From positions 29,102,503-29,166,502 of the forward strand of contig CM120640.1 in assembly GCA_051362555.1 (NCBI GenBank): DNA of 64,000 nt. Reading direction: 5' to 3'. Source of the stretch: Lingula anatina (taxonomy: Eukaryota > Animalia > Brachiopoda). Both the position numbers and the translations under genes were made by a program. The notes beneath the pieces are model-generated. The model made no database searches and was not told the DNA's origin. It was given only the letters and a program-made list of their open reading frames with translations. Positions 14,541-25,989 of the stretch are shown here, piece after piece (the stretch's first letter is position 1; the number at the start of each line of letters is the position of its first letter).

Positions 14541-15694
14541 TGACTACTACTGATTGGCATCGGGAATACTAATGTTTCTCACTAAGCCACTAAGCCACCT
14601 CATAATTTTCCAAACAACAATTTTTCTTCTCAATTGCTTACATTTGGTGCTTCGCTCGGGGCCGTAGCGATAGTCCGAAGGTTCAATAGTCCGAAGGTTC
14701 AATGGTCCGAATGTGCATTGAAGGTTCATTGGTCCGAAGGTTCGATAGTCCGAAGGTGCATTGGTCCGAAGGTTCATTAGTCCGAAGGTTCGATAGTCCG
14801 AAGGTTCGATAGTCCGAATGTAGGCCCGCTGTATAAGTGTATAGTGAATTACATGTACAGGGGCGGATCCAAGATTATTTGAAGGGGGGTCCGCGGATGC
14901 AAAGCCCCCACCCCCTTGGCGTAGGATCTGGGGCCCGCTAAAGGGCCCCGAAAATTGTTGGTGTCTCAAAATGACCACCTATTTATCTAGAGACACATCT
15001 GTGAATATCTGTAAAAAATCTATCAGTCGCCCTGGTAGAGGGTTTAAAAGTTAGTTCTGCACGGGCAAAAATAACGTAAATACTAGCATATTAGATCTAC
15101 ATTAGTTACAAAAAAAAAAAAAAAAAAACAGATCTTGATGTTTTTCATGGGATTGGAAGTTGACGATATTTAACTGCAAAGGTTTATTTTGTAAAATCAA
15201 ATGGAAATTTTCTCACGAGTCACGAGTGTATCTACTTTTTGCATAGTACGTTTTTCTTCGTTTAAATGAATTTGTTACAAAGACAGCATTTTTGATGTTG
15301 TTCATCAGATTAGAAGTTTAACTGTTTTAGAATATTTCAACATGTTCAAACTGCCTTCTCACTTGTATTTTACGTTTAATAAATAAATAAATAAATAATT
15401 AAATAAATAGGCCCACCGGGTTGATATGGCGTTGCCACATTTCTATTTCAGATTATAAACGTTTCAGCACCTTCAGTATTGCTGGGGAAGAGGGGGTGGA
15501 ATTAAATATGTATTACTATTTGTGGATATTTGAGCATATTACTGTATTCTGATACAATTTTTATGTTTAAAGCCCTAGTAAGGGAAAAGTTTGTTTTCGT
15601 AAATGCTCGTAATTTTTGTTTATATGCCAAGTTTACACTCCAGTTAATTCATCCTCATCCCTATGAGTAATACAATACTGCTGGCGGAACGGCT

Positions 15695-15744
<50 letters not shown>

Positions 15745-15755
15745 GGGGGGGGGGT
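15695..15755. repeat. Poly-T then poly-G homopolymer tract
   Basis: Directly visible. Confidence 0.9.
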
Positions 15756-16619
15756 AGGGGAGTAGGGGAGTAGTTCTGTAATCGACGAGATGTCGAGATG
15801 TATGTGGAATGTTTATGACAGGGGAATGGATAACCGCACAAACAACCACGTCGAGAGTAAGGCTGTGTTCACAATACCCGAAAAATGACAAGTAATAGTG
15901 CGCCCTGGCCAGTGAGGACGGAGGAAGAGGCATTGAGATGCAAACAACGTACCAACTGGATCGATCCAACTCTTGGTAAAGTGTAGTCAATGTAACCAGC
16001 TCAATTGTCTGACACGCCCCTCTTGAGCACATACAAAAGGTAATTAGCCCTTAACTGCTCGAGGGGGGCATGTCAGACAATCAAGTTTATAACAATGGCT
16101 GTATTTAAGCGAGAATCCCCGCAGAGTTGGATCGATCCAGCTGGTAAAGTGTATGAATCTGAATGCTCCCTTAAACTTTGGGGATTGATTAATGTGTTAT
16201 CAGGAATGTGAATGGGCCCTATCTAAGACCCCATTCCCAGAGATTAGATCGATCTAACTGGATCGACCTAACTCCTTGGGGGTTCACGCTAAATAGCCGT
16301 CGGCCGAGCGGGCACAAAAGTTAATTATCCCCTTACAGATTGTAGTAGGCGGGACGGACATTTAAGCCGGATTATCTGACAGTAATCTAGTGAGACGGGG
16401 ATAGATCGATCTAAAATCTATGGAAATGCGCCCTAAGTTTGGTGCTTTTAGGTTGGGGCTGTCTCTGGGGTGGATACAGACCGGTTGTAAAATGCATTTG
16501 GTTGAAAAAAGATATTCTACAGATACATATTTGGGACACCCTGTAAGACAAAATTGAATTATACTCTGGAGTTAGCCTTTCGATGTTTTTTTAATATTCA
16601 TGCAATAAGATGAAAATAG

Positions 16620-16861
16620 GGGCGCATTCAGATTAACGCATCGCGCTAGCTGGGTCGGTTCAATTTTACGGCAGATTCATGCTAAAGTGCAATCAATGGA
16701 AAGAGCTTAATGCTCTCGCGGTTAATTACCCCCAGCTGCTCAGGGAGGGGTGTCAAACAGTTAAATATAAGCTGATCAAGATGGTTGTGCTTTAAATAGC
16801 GAGAATCCCCGGCAGAATTGGGTCAACCCAGCTTGTACGGTGTGTGAATCTGAATGCGGTC
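16620..16861. mobile_element. PIF/Harbinger-like MITE (one of several related copies at 15.9-16.9, 18.0-18.2, 21.7-21.8 and 28.4-28.5 kb)
   Basis: TIRs GGGCGCATTCAGATTAAC / GTGAATCTGAATGCGGTC flanked by TAG/TAA; shared internal GAATCC..GAGTTGGATCGATC motif. Confidence 0.5.
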
Positions 16862-16881
16862 TAAGGGTGCGTATTGATTAA

Positions 16882-17992
16882 CCCCATAGAGCCCGTCACC
16901 GCATATGTGCGGTTCAATTATCGCTTACCCCAAACGCCCAGAACCGCATATGTGCGTATCTTGGAAAGATCGTCTTCTGTACTCTTTTGTATCGTGAGTC
17001 ATGAAATGATATATAGTTTAACATCCGGGCATGTTTCTTGTCTCTCAATTGCCACCATTTTTAAAGGCGATAGAAATATATATGAGCGAGAAAACGGCGA
17101 TTTTCAAGACTTAGTTGGAGAAAATAAAATCAAGATGGCGGCTCCTCGCTACGGTAGGGACCTGCGAAGGGATACTGTTATTGAAATGATTAAAAATCCG
17201 GACTTTGAAGAGAAGTTTTCGTGTGACAGTAACATAGACAGTGGCGTTGATATTCATTTATTTATGATATAAAGGACGATAGAAATATATATGAGCGAGA
17301 AATCGGCGATTTTCTAGACCTAGCTGGTGAAAGTAAAATCAAAATGGCGACTTCTCACTACGGAAGGGGCCTGCGAATGAATACTGTTATTGAAATGATT
17401 GAAAACTTCGACACTGATAAGGTGTTTTCGAGTGACAGTGATATAAACAGTGGGGATAATATTCCTTTATTCTTGATATAAGTTTTAAAGACGTTTTTGT
17501 CATAGATGGTGTAAAAATTTGACTTCTATTCAGCTCTGGCCACGATGTTCAGGTGAGCTGAAAAGCTGGCATACCTAATAGCAAAACGATCATAACTTAA
17601 AAATTGATAGAGATAAATTGCTGAAATTTCCTGGATTGCAAGTTACTATAATTGCATCATCCCTGTGAATTTTCAGGCAAATGTATGTAGAAATAAAAAA
17701 TTGATGTGCATAAGATAAATCAACTTTGTTTTATTTTACCCATTACCAAATGAAAATGTAGTTTTTAACCGGCTATAACTTTTGATACTGCATGTTGAAT
17801 TTAAATGTAATTCTATTTTCATTTAGCTTGAAATATTGGCTTTTTAAAAATGTATACTTTGTATGGGTAATAAAGGCAAACAAATAAATTATGACCAATT
17901 TACTGAGGTGACCCGGCTTTTCAAGGCTAGCTCACAGAATTAATTGGGCACAGCATAGCTTTATGGGTCAGCATTAACTGGATCCTATGGGG
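16882..17992 (+). mobile_element. Non-autonomous piggyBac element
   Basis: TTAA (16878-16881) CCCCATAG ... CTATGGGG TTAA (17993-17996). Internal ~205-bp tandem duplication (17065-17480) encoding an acidic MAAPRYGRDLRRDTVIEMI..SDS peptide resembling a piggyBac transposase N-terminus. Confidence 0.8.
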
Positions 17993-18269
17993 TTAAGTAT
18001 ATCGATTCAATTCGGCGGGGATTCTTGATGAATGCTATAGATGACAAGATCAACTCTTTATCCCTGCGCTCAGTACAATGCATAAAAGCTGTTTATTATG
18101 CGCGTACGCTAGAAACAAGAAGAGTGGTGTTAATCAGATTGCATTCATCGAAAATCCTGCCGAGTTGGATCGATCTGTCTACCAGAACCTATTCTGCCTA
18201 GTACGGTAGTTTCATTGGGAACGCGTCGTGAAGAATTACCTAGGCCGATGTTACTGCTTTTGCCATTAA

Positions 18270-19864
18270 GGGATCTTGGATATTAACGAAAAACTCCAAA
18301 ACTAATGCAGCTAATGAAATTTCCTATTAACTTAAAGATAAGGTCTAGCAAGCCAAACAATTTTTCAAAGTTTGTGGTCACAGTGTAACACGAGTGACGT
18401 AATATCAGCGTTTTGAGGCTAAAATTGTCTTTTTTTTAATCAAGAATTTCTCTTAAACAAAAAGCCCTATTAATACGATTGAAATAGCTATCTAAAAGTT
18501 AGCACAAACTCCAGTGATCTCTGTCAGGATTTTCTCTTTTTATTTTTGCTTTTGATTTTATTTTGATAAAACGTGAATTTTACGAAATATATATGGACCT
18601 TCCAATTTCAGTATTAATAACTTCAAAAATAAAAGGTCAATCCAAAAACCAAGACTCAGTCGACTAGATATTTTACTGAAACAGAGACACATCAAATTTC
18701 ATGTCAATCTGACAGTTACAGAATGAGATATGGGTATTGAAGTTTAGACTATGTTATCAATCTTCAAAGCTGAGAAATCGCTCCTAAACCATTTTGCTCA
18801 GGTAATTGGGCTATTTAAGCAAAATAATTGCACCTCCGCCTTACCTGTTATCATCTTGTTGATCGGGAAGGTCTATACACCATTACGTGTTAAAATTGGG
18901 TTGTTTGTTTCTATCTAGATGCCAGAAAATCTTACTTTTGTACGCAAACTTATTCGTACCACGAAAGCCGCTCTTCCCTGAGAAATGATTGACAGCTGAG
19001 TAGGTCTACCTTCTCTCGTTTCACTGACGTAATTAATCATAATTGTGCCTGACGCAGTAGGAGTCTGTGCACTGTCTAGGAAGTGTCTAAGGAAGCGCTT
19101 ACAAACAAAAAGAGGATTACTTGGTGTGCCAGCAGAGGAAATTTGCCACCCGTCGTGCGTGGACGCCGCTCTACACACCAAGACACGAAAATTGAGAAAG
19201 CAAAGCAAGATTTACTCCGAGAAATGGCCGAATGTGGGTACGCATATGCCATGATGCCACAGAGTGCCAAGACCGTAATATGCGAATTTGAAAATGTTTT
19301 GTGTGGCAATATTACTTAAAAACTTGCTTGCTATTACAATCTTTATTGTGCATAAAATGATTGCCTAACGATTTTTTTCTGACAACCCCAGACGTTGTAC
19401 GAATACTCAGCAGTTCAAGTGTGATCTCGAGTCTTTACCTAGACGTGATTTAGACGCTATAGTAGAAAATTTAATATATCGTACACTCTCTTTCAAAATT
19501 CTCTTGCTTTCCTCGCTCATCCGTTTTCTCACGACTTTCTTTCTTCCCATGACTGTTTATATAACTGTGTTCTGCTTAGCTGACGTAAGACTTATGAGCT
19601 GCCAGGGCACGCGTAACAGCTTAAGAAGTTAGACAACCATTCTTGCCCCGCCCCCCATAGTAACGGTGCTTGACAACGGAGGCGGAGCCTAAAGCCTGCC
19701 ACCCGTACCAGTCAGGACAGGTAGAAAAACTCGTCCAAATGTATATTTTTAGTCCGTGTTTCACAAATATAACTTAATTGAGTATTAGATACAAAATTGA
19801 TTATTTCTAACGTATAAAAAACTAAAAATCGAGTTTTAGACGTATTTTTAATATCCTAGACCCC
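18270..19864. mobile_element. Non-autonomous Kolobok-type DNA transposon
   Basis: TTAA (18266-18269) GGGATCTTGGATATTAA ... TTAATATCCTAGACCCC TTAA (19865-19868): 17-bp TIR with 2 mismatches, purine-purine start, TTAA TSD. Confidence 0.75.
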
Positions 19865-22083
19865 TTAAGCAGCGCGTGTTAATGTCACATTCAACACGCC
19901 ACTGTTGATTTCAGCAGATTCGTTTTCGAGAGGCTTGCACCATGGGTAACTTCAGTACAGTTTAAGAGAAGCTTTGTCAGTGTAGTATAGTATATTTAGT
20001 CAGTGTAGTATAGTTTAGTTCTAATCAAGACCATTATGCTCTAACGGTTCTTTTTTTAGAAATTTTAGTTGAAGTGATATCTTAGTCTTTATATTGGTAT
20101 ATAAAAAATAGATTAATATAACTACAGCTAATGCGCCTACCGTTCCCAAATCTATCTCTTCTGCCGAATTATTTCAGGTTTGATAATGCGTACTAAATAT
20201 CACAATCAGTACTAACAGCACTTTATCACTAGACGCATTTATCTGAAAGGCGAATCCTAATAAAGAAATACGGATTATGAACTTTTTTCCTGGGGACAGT
20301 GTAATAAGGCCACATAAAATAAAAGGATATTCATTTTCATTGTCGTCACAATATGATTAATATCTCTGTTGTAACAGTATTTTTCTTTGACGACAAGTTA
20401 CCATGAGACGTAAATCAGAGCAGAGCTTTAACTGACTGTTAAGTTTTTTGTAATGTAAGAATATGTTAAAAGAAGTTACGTTTGTATAGTTCTGTAATCG
20501 ACGAGATGTCTGTATAACCAACATGTTCTTTTTTTTTCATAACAGACAGGCTGCTGTTGCATGTCCAGAAAGTTTTTTTCAAACTCACAGTGACTTGTAT
20601 ATGTTAATTTATCTTACACCATAACAGATACATAGTATATCATACATGTGGTTTTTGTCTGCGGTATATCAAGTACATTTTTGTATTGCACACCTGCTTA
20701 CCACTATTCAAAACGGTGGGAGTAGAAGTTAATTGATCTTTTTTATGGTGAACTAAAAACTGAATAAAGACAGTTGCAGAAATAAAATAATAACAGAAAT
20801 GGAGAAAACAAATAATTATACGAAGAGCTTAAATTAAATAATCAAGGTAAATACACCCAGTAACTCCTGAATAAAAAAGAAATGTAAAACAGTAGATAAA
20901 AAAATAAATGAAATCAAAAATAATACTTACTTTCCCTATCAACTCTGAAAACGTTTCCTCACAATGATAACATCAGAAATAACATATTAGGGCATTCTCC
21001 CCTGCAACTCATCTGGCTTAGTCTAGGTGAAGAAACGGTAACGGTTAATTGTATCCCCCATGACGCGGAACTGGCGGAGGCCGTACGAGATGGGTCGGGA
21101 TTAAGCCCATGTCTACCGCCACGCTCACGCTGGTGGTACGGTTATTGGTCGCTGCATGGAGGGTGGAGTTGTCTGTTAACTGCCTTTCTTGAACCGACCT
21201 ATTCATCCAGTCTTGAAAAGTCGATTATCACTGATTTTTTACGAAACTGTTGACTTGATATTCATGAGTGCAGGGTGGACGTGAACCGCAATCGGTCTCT
21301 AGAAAAACGGGACTCTCCCGCAATCCAAAAAATTTCGTAATTGAAACACCCGTTTTTTTCTTTTGAAAATAATCAGTGTGCGCTTAAAGGTAGCCTTGAT
21401 GGAGTGTAAAACCACTTTTATCAGTTTCTTATACAATTCAAAAATAATAGCACAGGCCATTCGATTAAATATCATTATAGGCGTCCTCTCATTTTATCCG
21501 TTCCAATCTTTATTCAATATTTCATGTGAAACATGTATGGTGTTCATGAGTTGGAAAGGGTAGCCATTGCATAAACTTCCCCACATTGTAATGAGTAGTT
21601 CACGGAAACAATACGACCTATATGGATAATTTTCACGTGCGTTTCGGTCGCACTCAAAACGAAATGATAAAGATTCTAGAAGCTGAGTTCACACGAAAGT
21701 TAATCACCCCCTAGCAGCTCCAGGATTGCTAATCTGATTGCAGTAAGAATCCTGGTGGAGTTGGATCAATCTACGTAGAATGATAGTTTCGTTGGGAACG
21801 CACCCTTAGATTCCGTTTGTAATTATAATTCTTAAAATCGAAGACAATCTTAAAATGTTTCGGACTATCGAACCTTCGGACTAATGAACCTTCGGACTAT
21901 CGAACCTTCGGACTATCGAACCTTCGGACTAATGAACCTTCGGACCAATGGACCTTTAATTTTCGGACTAATGAACCTTCGGACCAATGAACCTTTTTGT
22001 TAAAAATCTGATGAAAAATTTACGAATTTTCGGACCAATGAACCTTCGGACCAATGAACCTTCGGACTATCGAGACGCCTCCG

Positions 22084-22471
22084 AATTGGGGAGCAGATAA
22101 TAAATTGGACACACAAAACCTGGTGCATAATTTAATTGCTAGAGCTGGCCAGCTGCTAAAACACCCAGTTTCGTTATGGCTCTTCGCGTAGTTTCTTCCA
22201 TTGTGGTGGCAGGTCGCAGTGCGGTGATAACTGTCAAGGAGGCCGTTTGTAAAGGATCCATGACGGTGTCAGAAGCCGGGAGATCCTTGATTAAACATTA
22301 ACCACTGCACAGAAAATAGGTAAAGTGGCTGGGGCAACAAGTGCGGGCATAGCTTTTGATTTGAAGGACCTGATTGAATCGTCTATAAAACTGCACAAAA
22401 AGAAACATTCAGAGGTAGTGTGCCAACTACATGCCAAGGCAAACAGTTTGGAAGCTTCTTATTCGGCGTAA
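22084..22471 (+). pseudogene. Apolipoprotein L-like C-terminal fragment, frameshifted
   Basis: MALRVVSSIVVAGRSAVITVKEAV.. then a frameshift to TLTTAQKIGKVAGATSAGIAFDLKDLIESSIKLHKKKHSEVVCQLHAKANSLEASYSA*, matching the APOL C-terminal pattern D...L...S..LH....SE....L...A..LE; AATAAA follows the stop. Confidence 0.55.
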
Positions 22472-22551
22472 AAATAAAAGGGAGTGATGAAAAGTAACTG
22501 AAAATGTTTTAACAAGAGAAAGTAATAGTAACCAAAATGTCTACATTGTTT

Positions 22552-24273
22552 GTTAGTGCACACAGTTCTGCTTTCACATTCAACAATGGTTGACAACTTC
22601 ACAGATGTTCCACAATTTGGACAAAATTTGTTGTCTGGGTCTAAGTCTGCCCCACAAGGGTCCCCTCCAGGAGGACCAACACACTTCATTCTTCTTACCT
22701 ATGGGTAAGTTATTCTTTCTTTGGGCAGCTAGTAGTTTCACTGTCTGATGTTCTCTTCAGCACACCCACTGCCTCAGATGTAGAGTAATTAACTTCCCTG
22801 TCCTGAACTACAAAAAGGATTCGAAGAATTTAATCAGGTTATTGTTTGGGTAGTGATTCATTTGTGAACTGATAAGATTTTTCAAAATTACTATATTTGC
22901 ACTTTGATAGTGAAGAAGTGGATTAATGATTACCTTGCTATTTATTATTCAAATGTATATTTGAAGCATTTCTTTGAAATGCTAAATGCCCATGCAACAA
23001 ATGCTACTGATACATGCAGTAGTATCATTGTATCCTAACATTTTATTCTTATGCCACCCCTGTATAATTTCCTAACCAATTATGGTTACCTTTAAATTCA
23101 TTAATATCATTTTAATATGTTTTGAAATAAAAATTTCACTGAACAAAATAAAAACTTGCTGCTTTTTATTTTTCTGAACCAAAGGAAATACATGTAACAA
23201 TACCAGTTTTTGCATGCCACAGACATGCATGGCTGGTGATCAAGTAATATTGGTAAAAAAACTTGTGAAAAAAATATTTTGATGAGCCTGGTAGAGTGAA
23301 CATTGTATATCTTGCTATATGCTACACTTGTATCAAGCTCTGACCCTGGTATCACCAAAAAAAAAAAAAAAAGCAACTCCATGGGGTTTTCCTGCCAAAA
23401 GGATTTTCCCAGGAAAATAAGCAATTTTTTTGTACTCATGAATCATTTATCTATAATCGTACAATCCTTCTCTGCACTTGGATTCAACCCTTAATTAAAT
23501 TTATAAAGGTTAATTTGGTTTAAAATGACTAGCCAGTCACACAATGTATTAACCAGCGGCTGTTTTCCTACATACTCCTATGTAAATATCAACATCAAGT
23601 ATGCTCCAGAAAAATATTATTTAAGGGGTTAAATCACTATAAGGTGTATGTAAGGTTTTATAAGAAACTGCAGATGGCAAAATTAGTGTTTGGGGAATTT
23701 TCAAACCCATGTAGAGTACCTTAAAGTTAGGTTCCTTACCTAAGAACTTAATTACCAAAGTTACATGTTCACATCTTACCCTATTAGCAACAGTGTTACA
23801 GCACTGTCAACTAAGCCAGGGAACTGACTTGAGGTTTTTTGTGAAACTGGGGCCTGCCAATCTAAATAAGCAGTTCCGTGACTACTCCGCCATTTTAAAG
23901 CACGCGACACAGTTTCAACCCTCTTGTAGTTGAAGTCAACAAAAACTGGTACAATTAAACGACCACTTAAACGATTGAATTTTAAACGTTGAATAATTTC
24001 TATTCTGTAACAATACCACATAAAACTTACAAGCGTTAAAGGTGATCTTTCGGTATTTCACAGGAACAACCTTAGAGCTAAAGTGAAAATGCAGACGTCG
24101 CCACTTCTCTATTGTGCTCTGAGCCGAACGCCCGAAGTTACCAAATATATATGGTGAAAGCGAAACCAACTGATAACTACTACTGATTGGCATCGGGAAT
24201 ACTAATGTTTCTGACTAAGCCACTAAAATTACCTCATAATTTTCCAAACAACATTTTTTCTTCTGAAATTGCT
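22552..24273 (-). repeat. Segmental duplicate of 12627-14639 (RNF213-like truncated exon 2, intron 1, exon 1 and promoter)
   Basis: Near-identical colinear sequence in the same orientation; ORF 22459-22689 repeats MKCVGPPGGDPCGA.LDP.NKFCPNCG and breaks off before the second zinc ribbon. Confidence 0.95.
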
Positions 24274-24380
24274 TCTTTTAAGCCAGACGAAAGAGAAAGT
24301 GGGTACTAAATTTCCCCGTGCGACTTGCTGGAAATTCCGGCGGTTACTAAGTTATTTCGTAACATTTGTTTCAGTTTCGA
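24140..24380. promoter_or_regulatory. ISRE and kB-like site cluster (candidate bidirectional immune promoter)
   Basis: GAAAGCGAAACC 24156-24167, GAAAGAGAAAGT 24289-24300, GTTTCAGTTTCG 24368-24379; imperfect kB-like AAATTTCCCC 24308-24317 and TGGAAATTCC 24329-24338. Confidence 0.55.
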
Positions 24381-25021
24381 AGTATTTTAAATGAACAAAT
24401 ACTTGTAATATACTAAATTTGAATAGATTTTCCATTTTGATGCCTATTAAAATAATTATTTTATTAATTATGAAATATTAACTGAGTGTTTGGAGTTCTC
24501 ATATAAGATCAAAACTTTTATCAAGAAGGTAGATAGCTTTGGGGTACATGTTGTGGCAACTTTGACAGGTCCGTAGTAATATATGTTTAGGGTTATTAAG
24601 TAGATAAAGATAACTAACAGGATTGTTTTAGTATATTAGTATTTATGTTTTAAAGCTTATTTACTATTTTAGCATCTTAAACATACCAGTTAGTATATTA
24701 AATTATAAATATATGATATATGCATGAATATATTAATAGATATGTTGGACCTATGAAGACAAACGGCCAACAGGACAGGAAAGACGAGAAGATGTGAGCA
24801 TTTGTTTATTAGTGATTATTTTCATTTGCATGGTCAAATGCTCCGTTGATATATCATTTAAAACAAAGGCACTCTGTTATATCAGTTATCATTTGCACAG
24901 CAATCTGATATTCTGAAAATTGCTACTTGAGTCGAGGATTTCAGTTGGGGAAAATGTCTATAAGACTATTTCCCCCACAATTTCCCTGAGGATTCTGTAG
25001 TTTTCAACTTTCACCTTTTAG

Positions 25022-25085
25022 AGCCTGTGTGACAGGAATGGTAGTCCTAGGAATGGAAGACCGGAGTCCCTTATGATTTCTACAG
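25022..25085 (+). other. Candidate 5'UTR exon of the SPRY gene
   Basis: Pyrimidine tract + TTTAG acceptor and CAG|GTAAG donor. Confidence 0.4.
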
Positions 25086-25989
25086 GTAAGGACTAGTGGA
25101 GTACTGGGGTTAGTATACATGTATGTCGCCTGTACAAAGTACTGAGTACAGTACAGGGGAACGAACTACGGTTCCTTGCGAATAACCATTCTTGTCTCAC
25201 CTGGAATTCCGCCTTCCTCCAGATATATTTCAGCCTGGAAAAAAGCCGGGTATATATTAAATCAGAAGACAACTGCAGTTTAGCATCATAATTATATGTA
25301 GTGACAAAATTTGTAAATCAATACTGAATTTGAATATTGGAAAATACTGTTGTCTGTAATAACAGTACATGATGCAGCCTACTGGTAGTGCAGGCCCGTA
25401 GCAGGGGGTGGGGGTGGGGGGGGGGGAGTTGGGGGTTCAAAAGAACCGCACTTTTTGCTGGGAAAAGGTCCACTCTGGATAACATTTGATCTAGGTACAT
25501 GAAGGTTTATGGTAAAAGGTCAACTTTTTCAGAAAACAAACCCCCCATTTGAAATTGCTGGCTAGGGGCCTAGCTGTAGTGTATACTGTAACCTGTAAGG
25601 TACATGTACAGTAGAAATAGGGTCTGCCTAAATTGTGCAATACAGCACAACACAGCGCAATACACTTGAAAAAGAAGAGTCCAGTCACAAGTAAACATGA
25701 GATGCCTGTAGCACTTCTTTTGCTAGAGGTTAATCATTCAGTACCGGAACAACACTGAATCAATAAAGAGTAAATTGGTACTCCGCAGAGTCATAAATTT
25801 GGACATTTGATATATGTATCACAATTAAAGGCAGAAACCAACAAATAATTTCCCATTGACAACCATACTAAGAAATGCCTGCAAAACTGCAAGAACAGAA
25901 TTACTGGAAAAAGCACCAATTTTCTCTCACTGAACTACATTTGCCTAGAACAGTCGGTGATTAGTCCATTTAGTGGTTTCTGCCCTTCA

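Larger units (their letters stand above)
14657..22083. mobile_element. 7.4-kb foldback-like composite insertion bounded by inverted arrays of a 16-bp repeat
   Basis: Left end CGGGGCCGTAGCGATAGTCCGAAGGTTC (array to ~14818); right end (A)CCTTCGGACTATCGAGACGCCTCCG (array from ~21859). The two arrays are reverse complements. No clear TSD. Confidence 0.55.

Noticed and set aside
14665-14820. 16-bp repeat arrays (also 21859-22075) as a CRISPR array, or ORF 14547-14978 as a gene
   Set aside because: Head-to-tail repeats without unique spacers, no cas genes, eukaryotic context; the ORF is translated repeat.
18915-19319. Overlapping short ORFs inside the Kolobok-type element
   Set aside because: No recognisable domain; the element looks non-autonomous.
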